Positions 1 to 9,722 of a stretch of DNA of 51,919 nucleotides are shown one piece after another (within the stretch, counting starts at the first letter, position 1; each line of letters starts with the position of its first letter). The notes beneath the pieces were generated by a model. It ran no database searches, was not told where the DNA came from, and saw only the letters and a list, made by a program, of their open reading frames with translations. The position numbers and the translations under genes were made by a program. Source of the DNA: Dirinaria sp. TL-2023a (lineage: Eukaryota); contig JAVEBF010000020.1 of the NCBI GenBank assembly GCA_051941275.1, forward strand, positions 1 through 51,919. Reading direction: 5' to 3'.

Positions 1-407
1 ATACCATCAACCCCAAACCCCATCCAACATCCCCGTAAATAACCCCGCCATAACAAAACCCCCAAATAGAAACCAAAAACCCCTTTTCTCAACCTTAACC
101 TTACCATCTACCAAAACCCCAGTATCTTTTAATTTTTACAAGCAGGAAGATTCTGCTTTAGAATAGACAATTCCCTTTTGTGGCATTGCATTATCTCTCG
201 AGACTTGCTGATATTTTTCGCAAATTAAATCCTAGTTGTGTATTCTTCTCCTCCTCATCTGCCCCCAAGAAGTCGAAGAAAAACAAACAAACAAAGATTT
301 TAATCTCACAAAGATTCAAAAACACCTCTGTTTGAAATTAGTTATCATTCCTGATATATCTCTTCATCTCCCTTCTTCCCAAAGCGGCGAAAGATCAGGT
401 ATATATA

Positions 408-973
408 GGCAAGTGGTTTGCGCACCCAGCATTTCGGTACGCGCACCCACTAACCTAGGGTTAATCAGTTTTCTAGGGTTGAGACCCTGATTATCAGGGT
501 TAGGTCCCTGAGCTACGTACGGAGGTCGACACCATAAGTCCTGACTAGCGCGGTCAATGCTACAGATGGGGTCAACTGAAAGTCGCCTAGGGAGCTATTT
601 AATATTATCACCCGAGTCTTTCAATTTGTTATCTAGACTCTGCAAAGTCTATCTGAAGTCATCTGAACGACTGATCTTGGCGTTCATCACGCTAGTCAGG
701 ACTTATGATGTCGTCTTTCGTAATCAGAATCAGTTAGTCGTCACACGGGTTCGAGATAATTTTCGAAAAAATAAATACATCATCACACTCAGTCTTCAGA
801 CTTTTCAGTACTCCCTATGCGATTCGGAATTATCTCAGACCCGTGTGGCGACTAGCTGATTCTGATTAGCTCAGGGTCCTAACCCTGATAATCAGGGTCT
901 TAACCCTAGAAAAAGAGTAACCCTAGGTTAGTGGGTGCGCGTACCGAAATGGTGGGTGCGCAAACCACTTGCC
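408..973. mobile_element. Non-autonomous foldback/MITE-like DNA element, 566 bp, with ~108-bp terminal inverted repeats
   Basis: 408-515 (GGCAAGTGGTTTGCGCACCCA...CCCTGAGCTA) is the reverse complement of 867-973 apart from a few substitutions and a 1-nt indel. TATATATA lies immediately outside both ends (400-407, 974-981), consistent with a TA or 8-bp target-site duplication. No credible coding capacity; the interior holds two further inverted repeats. Confidence 0.85.
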
Positions 974-1058
974 TATATATATCTCGTAGTTTGGGGAGGG
1001 GGGCAAGGGAAAGGGAAGCGGGGGGTGTTCAGCGTCGGATGTCGGAAATCGGCACACC

Positions 1059-1501
1059 AAAAAAAAAAAAAAAAAAAAAAAAAAAAACAGTTCTGGCCAA
1101 CTAACTCGCATGACATGGCATCGCAGAACAGATCATTCATTACGTAGAAAAATATCAAAAAAGAGAAATCATTTCTCCCTCCCTCTCTCTATCATCCTTA
1201 AATTCGAAATCAGAGCCTTTCCAAAAAACAATCAAAAAAATCAAAAAAAAATCAAAAATTTTTTTTTCTAATTCCCGTTCTTGTTGAAGGTAATTCCAAT
1301 TACATTCTATGAATCCTTTTCTTTTTCTCTCTCAAGGTTAAGTAACTTCGATATTTCCAAATTTCGATGCTCAATTTGGTTCATAAATCGAGATATAGAA
1401 TAAACCACCCCCCTTCCCTCACCTCAAACCAAACCCCAAAACCCGCGTCATCAGCCACACCACATAAGGCAGAACACAACATTAAATACCCAGCCCTTCT
1501 T

Positions 1502-1545
<44 letters not shown>

Positions 1546-1887
1546 AAAAAAAAGAAAAAAGAAAAAAAAGCTCTGACCGACTTATAACTCGCATGACATA
1601 GCATCGCAGAATAGATTATTGATTACGTAGAAAGGGAGGAAGACAAATAGGAAGTGGGGTTATATTTTTCAAGGAAACAAGGCCCTTCTAGATAGGGAAA
1701 AAAAAAAAATATTAAAAAATCCCCCCCACCTAGAACTTTCTCTTATTGTTATTGGTGCAGAAACAGAGAAGCCGCGAGGCGACGGGAGAGGAGTGGAGAC
1801 GGGGGCAGGGTTGAGTAAATTTTTATTTATCTGATAGCTAAGAGGGGCAAAAGTTAAAGAGTGGGAATTTTTTTTTTTTTTTTTTTT
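1059..1887. repeat. Low-complexity tracts: poly-A (1059-1087), (CT)n (~1503-1543), poly-T (~1868-1887)
   Basis: Homopolymer and dinucleotide runs visible directly in an AT-rich region. Confidence 0.95.
1102..1633. repeat. Two direct copies of a ~49-bp unit (1102-1150 and 1585-1633), each preceded by an A-rich tract
   Basis: TAACTCGCATGACATGGCATCGCAGAACAGATCATTCATTACGTAGAAA vs TAACTCGCATGACATAGCATCGCAGAATAGATTATTGATTACGTAGAAA: 4 differences in 49 nt. Confidence 0.9.
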
Positions 1888-2058
1888 GGTAGTAAGGTGA
1901 AGGGAAAGAGAAGGAGCATGGATTGGCCTGAGTCAAGGGTGTATTAGTAGCTGGTATCTACAATCCAAATCCAAGATGAATTAGCTATGCCTCGTCATGC
2001 TATAGTTACCTACATATCTAGAATATATGTCTAACGGGTGTCATTACGAGAGAACATT

Positions 2059-3292
2059 TCAGTTCTTCTCTTCTGTAATCGCCGCCTCCGGTTCGCCGGT
2101 TATTCCATGCGTTTTATCGGCGGTGCCAAACACCGGTCCGGGATATGCGACTGCGAGGCAGTAGACGGATACAAGGACCATCCTATGAAATAGCTTTCAG
2201 TCAGAATATTCCTGCGATCTGAAGCGAGTGTCACTTACACTCCCTCCAAACCAATAAACAGCCCTTGATCGTGGATCAAAGGCCCACCATACCCATCACT
2301 CAATTCATCGATACGGTACACACACCGTATGAAAATCAGAAGGATAGCCACGCTGAGGAAGAGGACGAAGATCTTGAAGCGGGGGCTGACGTTTCTCTGT
2401 TCGCCGGCGTGGGCGGCTCTTCGATAGCGCACGGCATACTCGAGGGCTAAACCGATGAAGATGCACAGCGTGAAGACTTGGAACGAGAGACCTGCGACGG
2501 AGACGTCGACGGCTGTTTTGTTGGAGCCGGAGGAGTCGGAGGAAAGAGCGCCGCCGATGGCTTGGAGGACGAGGGATAAGATGTCGCAGGGGATGAAGAA
2601 CCAGTAGTAGAATTTGGGGGAGAAGCGCGCGTATTGTGGGCCGAGATAGATTATGCTGTTGAAGTTGTGTCAGCGTTGTGAGATATCTTTGGACGGGCGC
2701 AATGGCTCAGCGTAGCCTGTTTGAAGCTCAATTGCAGGATTGGGGCTCCAAAGCGGGCTGTGAGTGGATTGTGATCATCTGTTTGAGCATCATTTTCCCC
2801 ATCGGTTGATTGGCTTGGAGAGCTCCCAATTCCCAAGAAGGGCAAGTACAGGAATGCAATGAATCTACACGCACATTTTCGAGAGAGTCAAGTAGATGGC
2901 AGCGGTATAGAACGTCGGACCAAACGTGATACAGACTACCTTTTCGTCAGTCCACTTCAGCGAAAGGCATAACATTGGGGGAACTCACTGATCTGCATCA
3001 AAAACCCGCTAAAGGAGAAAGGGTTTTGCCACAGCATGATCCGCCCTCCATACCCTATCACCTCGACGATGCAGCCGCAGGATATCGCGAATGTGAAAGC
3101 CCACGTTCGCCATTTGATTCCAAGGACGAGGTGCAGGAGCAAAGCAAGCGCGAAGAGCACAAGAAAGGCGATATTCCCTCCTAATGTAGGTCGATACTGG
3201 TAGACGCTGTAAGAGGCCGGGCAAATGGCAAGAGTGCAGTTTGCATCTGGGCCATAGATGACATAGTCGTCTGCGGGGAGGTAGTTGACCAT
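2059..3292 (-). CDS. RTA1/Rsb1-like lipid-translocating exporter family membrane protein, ~301 aa, 4 exons
   Basis: Exons 3292-2989, 2935-2875, 2655-2239, 2182-2059 (GT-AG introns, 906 nt in frame). Family motifs CTLAICP..YQYRPTLGGN, EVIGYGGR, ICITFGPTFYTAAIYLTLSK, FIPCDILSLVLQAIGGA, IRCVYRIDELSDGY, FIGLEG; several hydrophobic segments. Confidence 0.9.
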
Positions 3293-4301
3293 TTGGAAGA
3301 GAGGCAGATATATATCTCAGTAGCTACGGCTGTAGCTGCGCAAGGTACGGTGGGAAAGCAAGGTCGAGCAAGGCGTCTGGGAGTCGTCTGTTCTGTAGAG
3401 TACGAGGCGCACGATCAAGAGCGGCCTCCTCTTTATACAGTCCTCGACCCGACATTTTAAGTGAGCGAGTCATGGTGTTTATAAGGCCGAGGACCGAAGA
3501 ATGAGACGAGGCTAGTCCAAGAGTGACGACTGGATTGGTAGAGGTAGAGGCTTGTGACGGCACAATCTGCATTGAATCTAACGGCGTCCAAGTCAATTTT
3601 TAGTTGGCGATGGGACGATATCATTGGCTCGACATGCGAAATGGGAGATCTCGAACTAAGCCTAAAACAGTAGACCTTACGCTCCCGGGACCCGGTGCCT
3701 GTCCTCGCTTGAGCAACCTCGCCGTCCTTGGTATAAGGCTCAGCTTCTGATCCTACAACTGCGTCAGTCGCAACAACAAAGTATTCATTGATAAAACGTC
3801 TGCCACCTTGGAATCGCGATTGCAAGCGGGAGGATGAGATATGCGGCTCCGCCATCTCAGTAATCCGTCATTGTGCATACTCCCAATATCGGAGAGGCAG
3901 GCAAACAACAGAATATTGACATAGAGTGTTATCTGTCCCCACGCAGCATCCGCTTTACTCCTCGGATTTCGATCCCATGGAGGTACAATCATTTGTCCAT
4001 TGCAGCAGCTGATCGTGATCCGTGTTGCATGTTGCTAGCTAAGACTGCGATATATCTATGGTGCCTATGCATACCTGTCCGAACATCATCAGAAGTAGCC
4101 ATGTCGTAAATGAGCAAAGATGAGCCGTCATCCACTTCCACGCTTCCAACCCGAGCAAAATGAAAAGTCATGATAGGTCACCGAGGTTACCCCTGACTCT
4201 AAGATCCTAGCCCCGCCTCTTTGCACTTGCCTATCTCCCTCCATAACCTCTCTCGCTAACCATGACCCGAGTATTCTGATCCCACCCGCCTCTCCCCTCT
4301 T

Positions 4302-6464
4302 CTACATGAAATCAACGGCTGTGGGTCGGTATCGCCTTACGATGGCCTGTGCATCCGCAGCATAGGGGCCAACCACTGAAGATGAGTTTGAGGCATGCGC
4401 AGCAGCATGGCTCAGGACCGGAGGAGCAGTCAGTCTGGAAGCAGCCGAGGCAGGATTTTCGCCCTGGCCTACTCGTGTGCTCCAAAGCCCCACGACTGAA
4501 CGATGAGGCGATGCCGTACTAGATTCCACACCGTGGGAAGTCGTCGTCATTGGTTGTTGAAGGGATGGGCGACGCGGAGTCTCAGCAGGCTCTGGACCCT
4601 CGGGCTCGACGTTCTCCTTGACTGAATCAGTGCCAGGAGAAGTGGGACGTGCGGCGATTTGTGCCGTGATGGTCGGCGTCATGTCAGCATGGTCCTCATG
4701 TATCTCAAACGCCTCTTGAGGCTTCTTGAGTTTTCCTGCTTCGTTCGTAAGAGTCGGGCGATCCTTAGGCGAGGGAGATGTATCTGTGCTCTCTCGGCGA
4801 CTTTCTGCGGCGTGGATCGAGAATATCTGCTTGTCACATTTTTTTGCTTTGCCAAGTCTTTTCTGTTCTCTATGCATACGGCGTGCTGCTCGTTGAGCAC
4901 CTGGCAGGATTCTAGCGGAGAACTGAATTTCATCTGATTGGGAGCTCGTCGATGAATCGACGCTGATGTTTTGCTCAATGTCAATACCGGCATCAGTGTG
5001 GTTTTCCTCCTCGTCTGCCGATGCGTCACGGATCAGGCTTTCCTGCGCGCTCTCCTGTTTACTCCATAGCTCTCCTACCTCGCTCGTGTCCATGAGTGGA
5101 TCGATGGAATCTAAGAGCTCAGTACGGAGGGTCTCGATCGAAGTGTCCTCGGGAGCTCGCACGTGTGAGCCATTCCCAGCAGGAACTACTTGCTCGAGAC
5201 TTATGCCTAACAGTCTACTATCGTGCGATGTATCACTTCCCGAATGTGCCATAGGAGCTTCGCCAGGCTCAAGGTTCTTGGCAGAAGTTAGTGTGCCATC
5301 CGCCATTGTCCTGCAATTTGAGTCGTGGAGCGTTGTCGTAGAAGGCAGGACGCTGTCGCGTTTGTGTCTCCAATAGCGTTGACCTCTTGGGAGCCTGTAG
5401 ACGTCGAAACCCTCGGCACACATCCATTCTACTTGCTCCTTGTTGTGGGGCTCTTCCTCCGCCTCCGCATCAAACAGTCTGACGACTGCATGTCGGACTT
5501 CTTCGTAGTGGGCTTTGAGGGCAGCATAACCTCCACTGGCGCCCAGTTGCTGGTGAGAGAGCAATTTCTCTTCGCGAAGTTGCTTCACGACCCTGCACCA
5601 GCTCATAGGTATTATGTTCGACTCAAGCGGCGTTCCCTGCTGCAGCTGAAAAAGCCGGCGGTCCAGGTCTCCTAGATCATTCCAACCAGTAGTGGGAGGA
5701 TTCTTGAAATGATCTTCATGGGTAGCTTGTAGGGTTCGAGGCGATCCATTCGCGCTATTTTTGGCTTTCTCCGGATTCTTAGGTGAAATTGATCGTGGTC
5801 TTGGTGAAGGTGATAGTCCCTGAAAACGCACTGAACGTTTAGCTGCAGCTTTTGGTCGAAGTGTTTCATCCATAGGATGATGCTTCATGTCATAATTTGC
5901 CGCCTTCACGTTTCGACCAGAGCGCGTTGCTCGATAGCTGGGAATGACTGGTACGACTACCGCGAAATCTGTCTTAGTTGCACCTTTGGAGTCTGTTGCA
6001 TTGTCCGTTTCGGGTGACTCGAGCTGAGAAGACTGGTCCTCACTCGCGCCATCATCATCCGTAGCCGCACCAGTGTCTTCGTCGCCGCCGTTATTCCCTT
6101 CCCTGGCCATCTCTCGAGCAGCTTTAGTAGCAGCATGATTTGGTCGTAGCACCAGGTCAGCTGGATGGAAATGCATGTCATAATTGACAACAGCACGGAT
6201 GCGTAGACTACCGCGCATGGTGCGGCCTGAATTTTCTAGTGCACTGTCACTAGACCCTTCCGTAGAAGCAGAAACTCTTGTAGATCGCTCAGACGGGACG
6301 AGAATGTTGTTCCTGCTTAAGCCTTTCCGCAGCCTCTGACGCTTCGCTGTCGATTCCCGAGCAGTCTTTGGAACGTTCTCAAAAGCATCGTCTTCATTCT
6401 CAGACATCTCGGGAGACCGCTTTTGAGTCTCGTTTCTCTTCAGAGGGGTATTAGTGCTCCCCAT
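4302..6464 (-). CDS. Hypothetical protein, 720 aa, largely low-complexity, with a duplicated NYDMxxHPxDxxLRP motif
   Basis: Uninterrupted 720-codon ORF, basic NLS-like stretch (KRQRLRK), internal motif repeat, one apparently folded central segment (DRRLFQLQQG...WMCAEGFDVY). Confidence 0.8.
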   Translation of the reverse strand: MGSTNTPLKRNETQKRSPEMSENEDDAFENVPKTARESTAKRQRLRKGLSRNNILVPSERSTRVSASTEGSSDSALENSGRTMRGSLRIRAVVNYDMHFHPADLVLRPNHAATKAAREMAREGNNGGDEDTGAATDDDGASEDQSSQLESPETDNATDSKGATKTDFAVVVPVIPSYRATRSGRNVKAANYDMKHHPMDETLRPKAAAKRSVRFQGLSPSPRPRSISPKNPEKAKNSANGSPRTLQATHEDHFKNPPTTGWNDLGDLDRRLFQLQQGTPLESNIIPMSWCRVVKQLREEKLLSHQQLGASGGYAALKAHYEEVRHAVVRLFDAEAEEEPHNKEQVEWMCAEGFDVYRLPRGQRYWRHKRDSVLPSTTTLHDSNCRTMADGTLTSAKNLEPGEAPMAHSGSDTSHDSRLLGISLEQVVPAGNGSHVRAPEDTSIETLRTELLDSIDPLMDTSEVGELWSKQESAQESLIRDASADEEENHTDAGIDIEQNISVDSSTSSQSDEIQFSARILPGAQRAARRMHREQKRLGKAKKCDKQIFSIHAAESRRESTDTSPSPKDRPTLTNEAGKLKKPQEAFEIHEDHADMTPTITAQIAARPTSPGTDSVKENVEPEGPEPAETPRRPSLQQPMTTTSHGVESSTASPHRSVVGLWSTRVGQGENPASAASRLTAPPVLSHAAAHASNSSSVVGPYAADAQAIVRRYRPTAVDFM

Positions 6465-7816
6465 CTTAGACGCGTAGGATCAAACACCTGCTAAAACAAC
6501 GTGGTATCAGCATCAAGGGATACAAAGTCAACATATGCGGAAGTAGATTGGCATTACCTTCAGTACTTTGTGTTACTTACTGGCCATCCGAATTGATCGC
6601 CCACAATTCACAATCAGAAGCAGGGATTTTCTACCATGGTGACGGAAAAAGAGCAGGCGGGGACCAATCGACGTAACTCAAGCAGCTGTTAAAGTGATCG
6701 AAAGTTCTCACCATACGAGACGCGTGACTTAAGCACCTTCTGATGTGCTGTCGTGAATCGGATACCGAATGGCTGCAGATCAAGGCTAAGCTCAGAAGCG
6801 TGAAGCCAGAGCAGATCCCTCTTCTCTAGAGATTGAGACCGCACTCAACCTCAGCATGCTGCACCGGGGAGTTGATTAGGATTGGCCTCTCCAAATCTTG
6901 TACTCAGGGGCCAAGACCGCTCAGCATGGAGACGTCGAACGGCAGACAAAGGATGATTCTTCAAAGAGCAAGTAGCGGTCTGGACGGTGGTTGAATGTAC
7001 TCGAGGAGTCATTGAGAAGGTGAGGTAAGAACGAGATGGATCTACAAACCCCTCCTGTGGAAGTGAATGAGGGAATGGAAGTTGCAGCCCGGATGAAATG
7101 GCAAGCCGAGTCGGGTCAGAATTCCTCCTTTTCCACCTACATTGCCTCGCTTTATCAACGACCGCGGAGGATGATAGAAGGCAGTCACCGCATATTCCCC
7201 ATTTTCTATCTTACGATCCCCAATGAAACTTTAAAGTATACAATTTCATAGGCAATCAGCTGTGATTGGAAAGAGATGCATACTGTACCTTTCCATTTCT
7301 TGCCACTGTAAGACGCGTTCTGGATCAAGTCACAACTTCATGGCTGGGGAATGAGCTATGGGCGACACCGCTCCTTCACTATTTGATCCTACCTCAGGCG
7401 CAAGGCTATGGCAAGGAAATATGTCAAAAGCAGTGGATGGGTTAAACGGCCCACGTTCAAGGCCATCTGTAGAACACTAGTAGCAACAAGTGCTTCACTT
7501 GCAATACATCTTACTAAAGTCTTTGAACATTCAAAGCTATTGGTAAGCCGTACGACTCACGTGTTGCTAGAATATCGAGTAAAGCCATTAGGCCAGGTAG
7601 ACAAGCCCGCATCTAACCAGAGGAGCCAACGCACTCTGTATCGGTGAACATGGATGCCGTGCGGCATTGCTGTTCAATACCTAGAGTGAGAGGCATGCTA
7701 GTGCCGAATGCCGCAATCGTCGTAAGCTGAAGGAATGTCTTAAATCTCTTCACGTGCAACCTATGACTCCTCGCTAATACCTAAAGCAGACCGGAATGGT
7801 GATGAATACTTGCGCA

Positions 7817-8827
7817 TCATGTCCTTCTAGTCGTCCTGCGTATCGCCGATAGATCAATATGCACAGATTCAGCATCTGTATTATCGTCCACCTCGATGGT
7901 GCCGAACCCCGCAAAATGTACGGGCTTGGTAGGTGGTTCGACCCTTGGTGATAGGTTGTCATGGACGGGCCTCTCGGTGTTGATCTCATTGCCATTGTCT
8001 CCAAAGGTTTCTTCTTCCGTGGGGTCCAGTTCCTTCTCGTCACGCAGCCTCTTCGCCTCTTTCTTAGCCACTTCCAGACAGGTTTCGAAACTTTGCTTTG
8101 TGCCTTGGATCTCTTCCACGCAATTACCATCTCGCAGGAACTGATGAGCGGCCGACTCACACAGAGTCTGTGCCTTTTCAAGGTTCTTGTCCGCTACATC
8201 AAATGCTGAAGTGGCACTGTCAGTAGAAGCAGTGGGTTTGGTTCTCCTGAGCATCATCTTCGGGTCGATGGTCTCACGCCCACCGCCAACGCTGAAAGGG
8301 CTGCTACCCATACCTAGAGAAGTCATGCGGGACTTGAAGCTAGCAGCGGTCCTCCCCTTTCGCAGGTTATTGCGAGCACCAGCGATATTACGAACCAACG
8401 ACTCGAATGCCTCTTGAACGACGGAGTCGTAGTAGACAATGACCATGGAGCGAGTCCGATGTCTGATTGGGCCGGAGGTTGCCGAGAGGGCAGATGCAGG
8501 CTTGCGTTTGCGATGTGCCTCTTTGACCACGGTGGTCTGGTCAGCAGGATGATGCTGAGGTTGATCTGGCGGGACGGAAGTGACGGTGACCTCGACAGCT
8601 TTATCTCTCCGGTCTTCAGGAGCGTCGATCTTGTCTTGTGGGCGTAAAGACTCGGTTGAGCCGGTCTTTTGTCTGACCAGCTTCAGCTCGGTCGACCGCG
8701 TCAATTGCAGGAAATTAGCATGCTGTTCGGTAATTTGCGTAGAAAGATCGTCCAGCTTGGAAAGCCAGGATGGTAGATTGTCGAGGAGATGAGTGAAGCT
8801 GGCTAGAGCGTCCATTGTTGTGGCCAT
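7817..8827 (-). CDS. Fungal hypothetical protein, ~336 aa, single exon
   Basis: Long ORF; first ATG at 8827 (MATTMDALASF). Blocks RTRSMVIVYYDSVVQEAFESLVRNI..ARNNLRKG and LEKAQTLCESAAHQFLRDGNC resemble, from recall, a Pezizomycotina hypothetical family. Confidence 0.8.
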   Translation of the reverse strand: MATTMDALASFTHLLDNLPSWLSKLDDLSTQITEQHANFLQLTRSTELKLVRQKTGSTESLRPQDKIDAPEDRRDKAVEVTVTSVPPDQPQHHPADQTTVVKEAHRKRKPASALSATSGPIRHRTRSMVIVYYDSVVQEAFESLVRNIAGARNNLRKGRTAASFKSRMTSLGMGSSPFSVGGGRETIDPKMMLRRTKPTASTDSATSAFDVADKNLEKAQTLCESAAHQFLRDGNCVEEIQGTKQSFETCLEVAKKEAKRLRDEKELDPTEEETFGDNGNEINTERPVHDNLSPRVEPPTKPVHFAGFGTIEVDDNTDAESVHIDLSAIRRTTRRT

Positions 8828-9111
8828 GACCAAGCCAGGGTCGAATGCGGTGGCAGGGCAATTGCGGACGCCGGTGGAAGATAGGGAATTCGTAATCACA
8901 TTCAGATGTCGTCAGTTCATGAAAGGCAGGCCATGATCGTCGCAAGACGAGATGGACTGGATGATGATTGTTGTGGGGGGAGAAGGGGGGGGTTGTGCCG
9001 TTGTGGTGGATGGTTGAGATGAAGGTAAAAGTGAAGGCAGGCCGTAGTTGTGTGTGTCGGGATTAGGAGGTAAATAGAGTGTGGGGTGGGGGAAGGGAAA
9101 GAAAATACGTC

Positions 9112-9141
9112 AATGCCAATGCCAATGCCAATGCCAATGCC
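9112..9141. repeat. (AATGCC)5 microsatellite upstream of the 7817-8827 gene
   Basis: Five perfect hexamer units read directly. Confidence 0.95.
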
Positions 9142-9677
9142 GCATGCGGGCGCAAGGAGAGTCGAGTGCGCAGTGAATTTCGTACTCAAGGGCTCACAAC
9201 AGCAGCTACCCTAAGATCAAGTAAAGGCAATGATGGCAGGAAGAATGGGGGAAGTGGGGAAATAATGGAAAGTCGATTGTGAATTGAAAGCTGGACGACT
9301 TTTTTGTTTTGATTGTTTGGATGGATTATTGGGAGGGGAGGGGGGAAGGAAGGAATCAGGATGATGAAAGTGTGGGCGAGAATGGGGATGAATGGTAATA
9401 AGGTCAGGTACAAAAAGTGTACAGTAGTACTCCGTAAGTATTATTGAATACTTTAATAATGTTCGGATATGATCGATTGTGTGTTTCGGCATTTCGAAAT
9501 GGATTGAGTGGACAGGGTGGACCGTGGGGAAGGATGCGATGATACCTCACTGCGCACCCTCGTGTCGATCTTCTCCTCACTCCGGTTTAGCGGCGACAGC
9601 AGAGCTGCTTCTCATCGTTCACATCGTTCACAGCCTTTTGCAGATCTCAATCCTAGCGAGCTTTGAAGCAGCCACAT

Positions 9678-9722
9678 CTGGCACCGACTGGCACCGACTG
9701 GCACTACTGGCAACCGACTGCC
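9678..9722. repeat. Degenerate ~10-bp tandem repeat (CTGGCACCGA) x ~4.5
   Basis: ctggcaccga ctggcaccga ctggcacta ctggcaaccga ctgcc. Confidence 0.85.

Noticed and set aside
735..765. tRNA/B-box-like GGTTCGA at ~748
   Set aside because: No cloverleaf can be built; the sequence is part of inner hairpin arm B.
408..973. Telomerase RNA or interstitial telomere, suggested by TAACCCT/AGGGTT motifs
   Set aside because: No TAACCCTAA template or tandem TTAGGG array; the motifs are symmetric parts of the TIRs and the unit has duplicated flanks.
236..1576. Short ORFs in the first 1.6 kb (e.g. 557-859, 935-1147, 1367-1576)
   Set aside because: They run through the foldback element, poly-A or (CT)n tracts and show no transposase or other domain motifs.
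3457..3855. 132-aa - strand ORF upstream of RTA1
   Set aside because: No recognisable motifs or splice link to either neighbour; its 3' end overlaps the likely RTA1 promoter (TATA-like sequences near 3432-3484).
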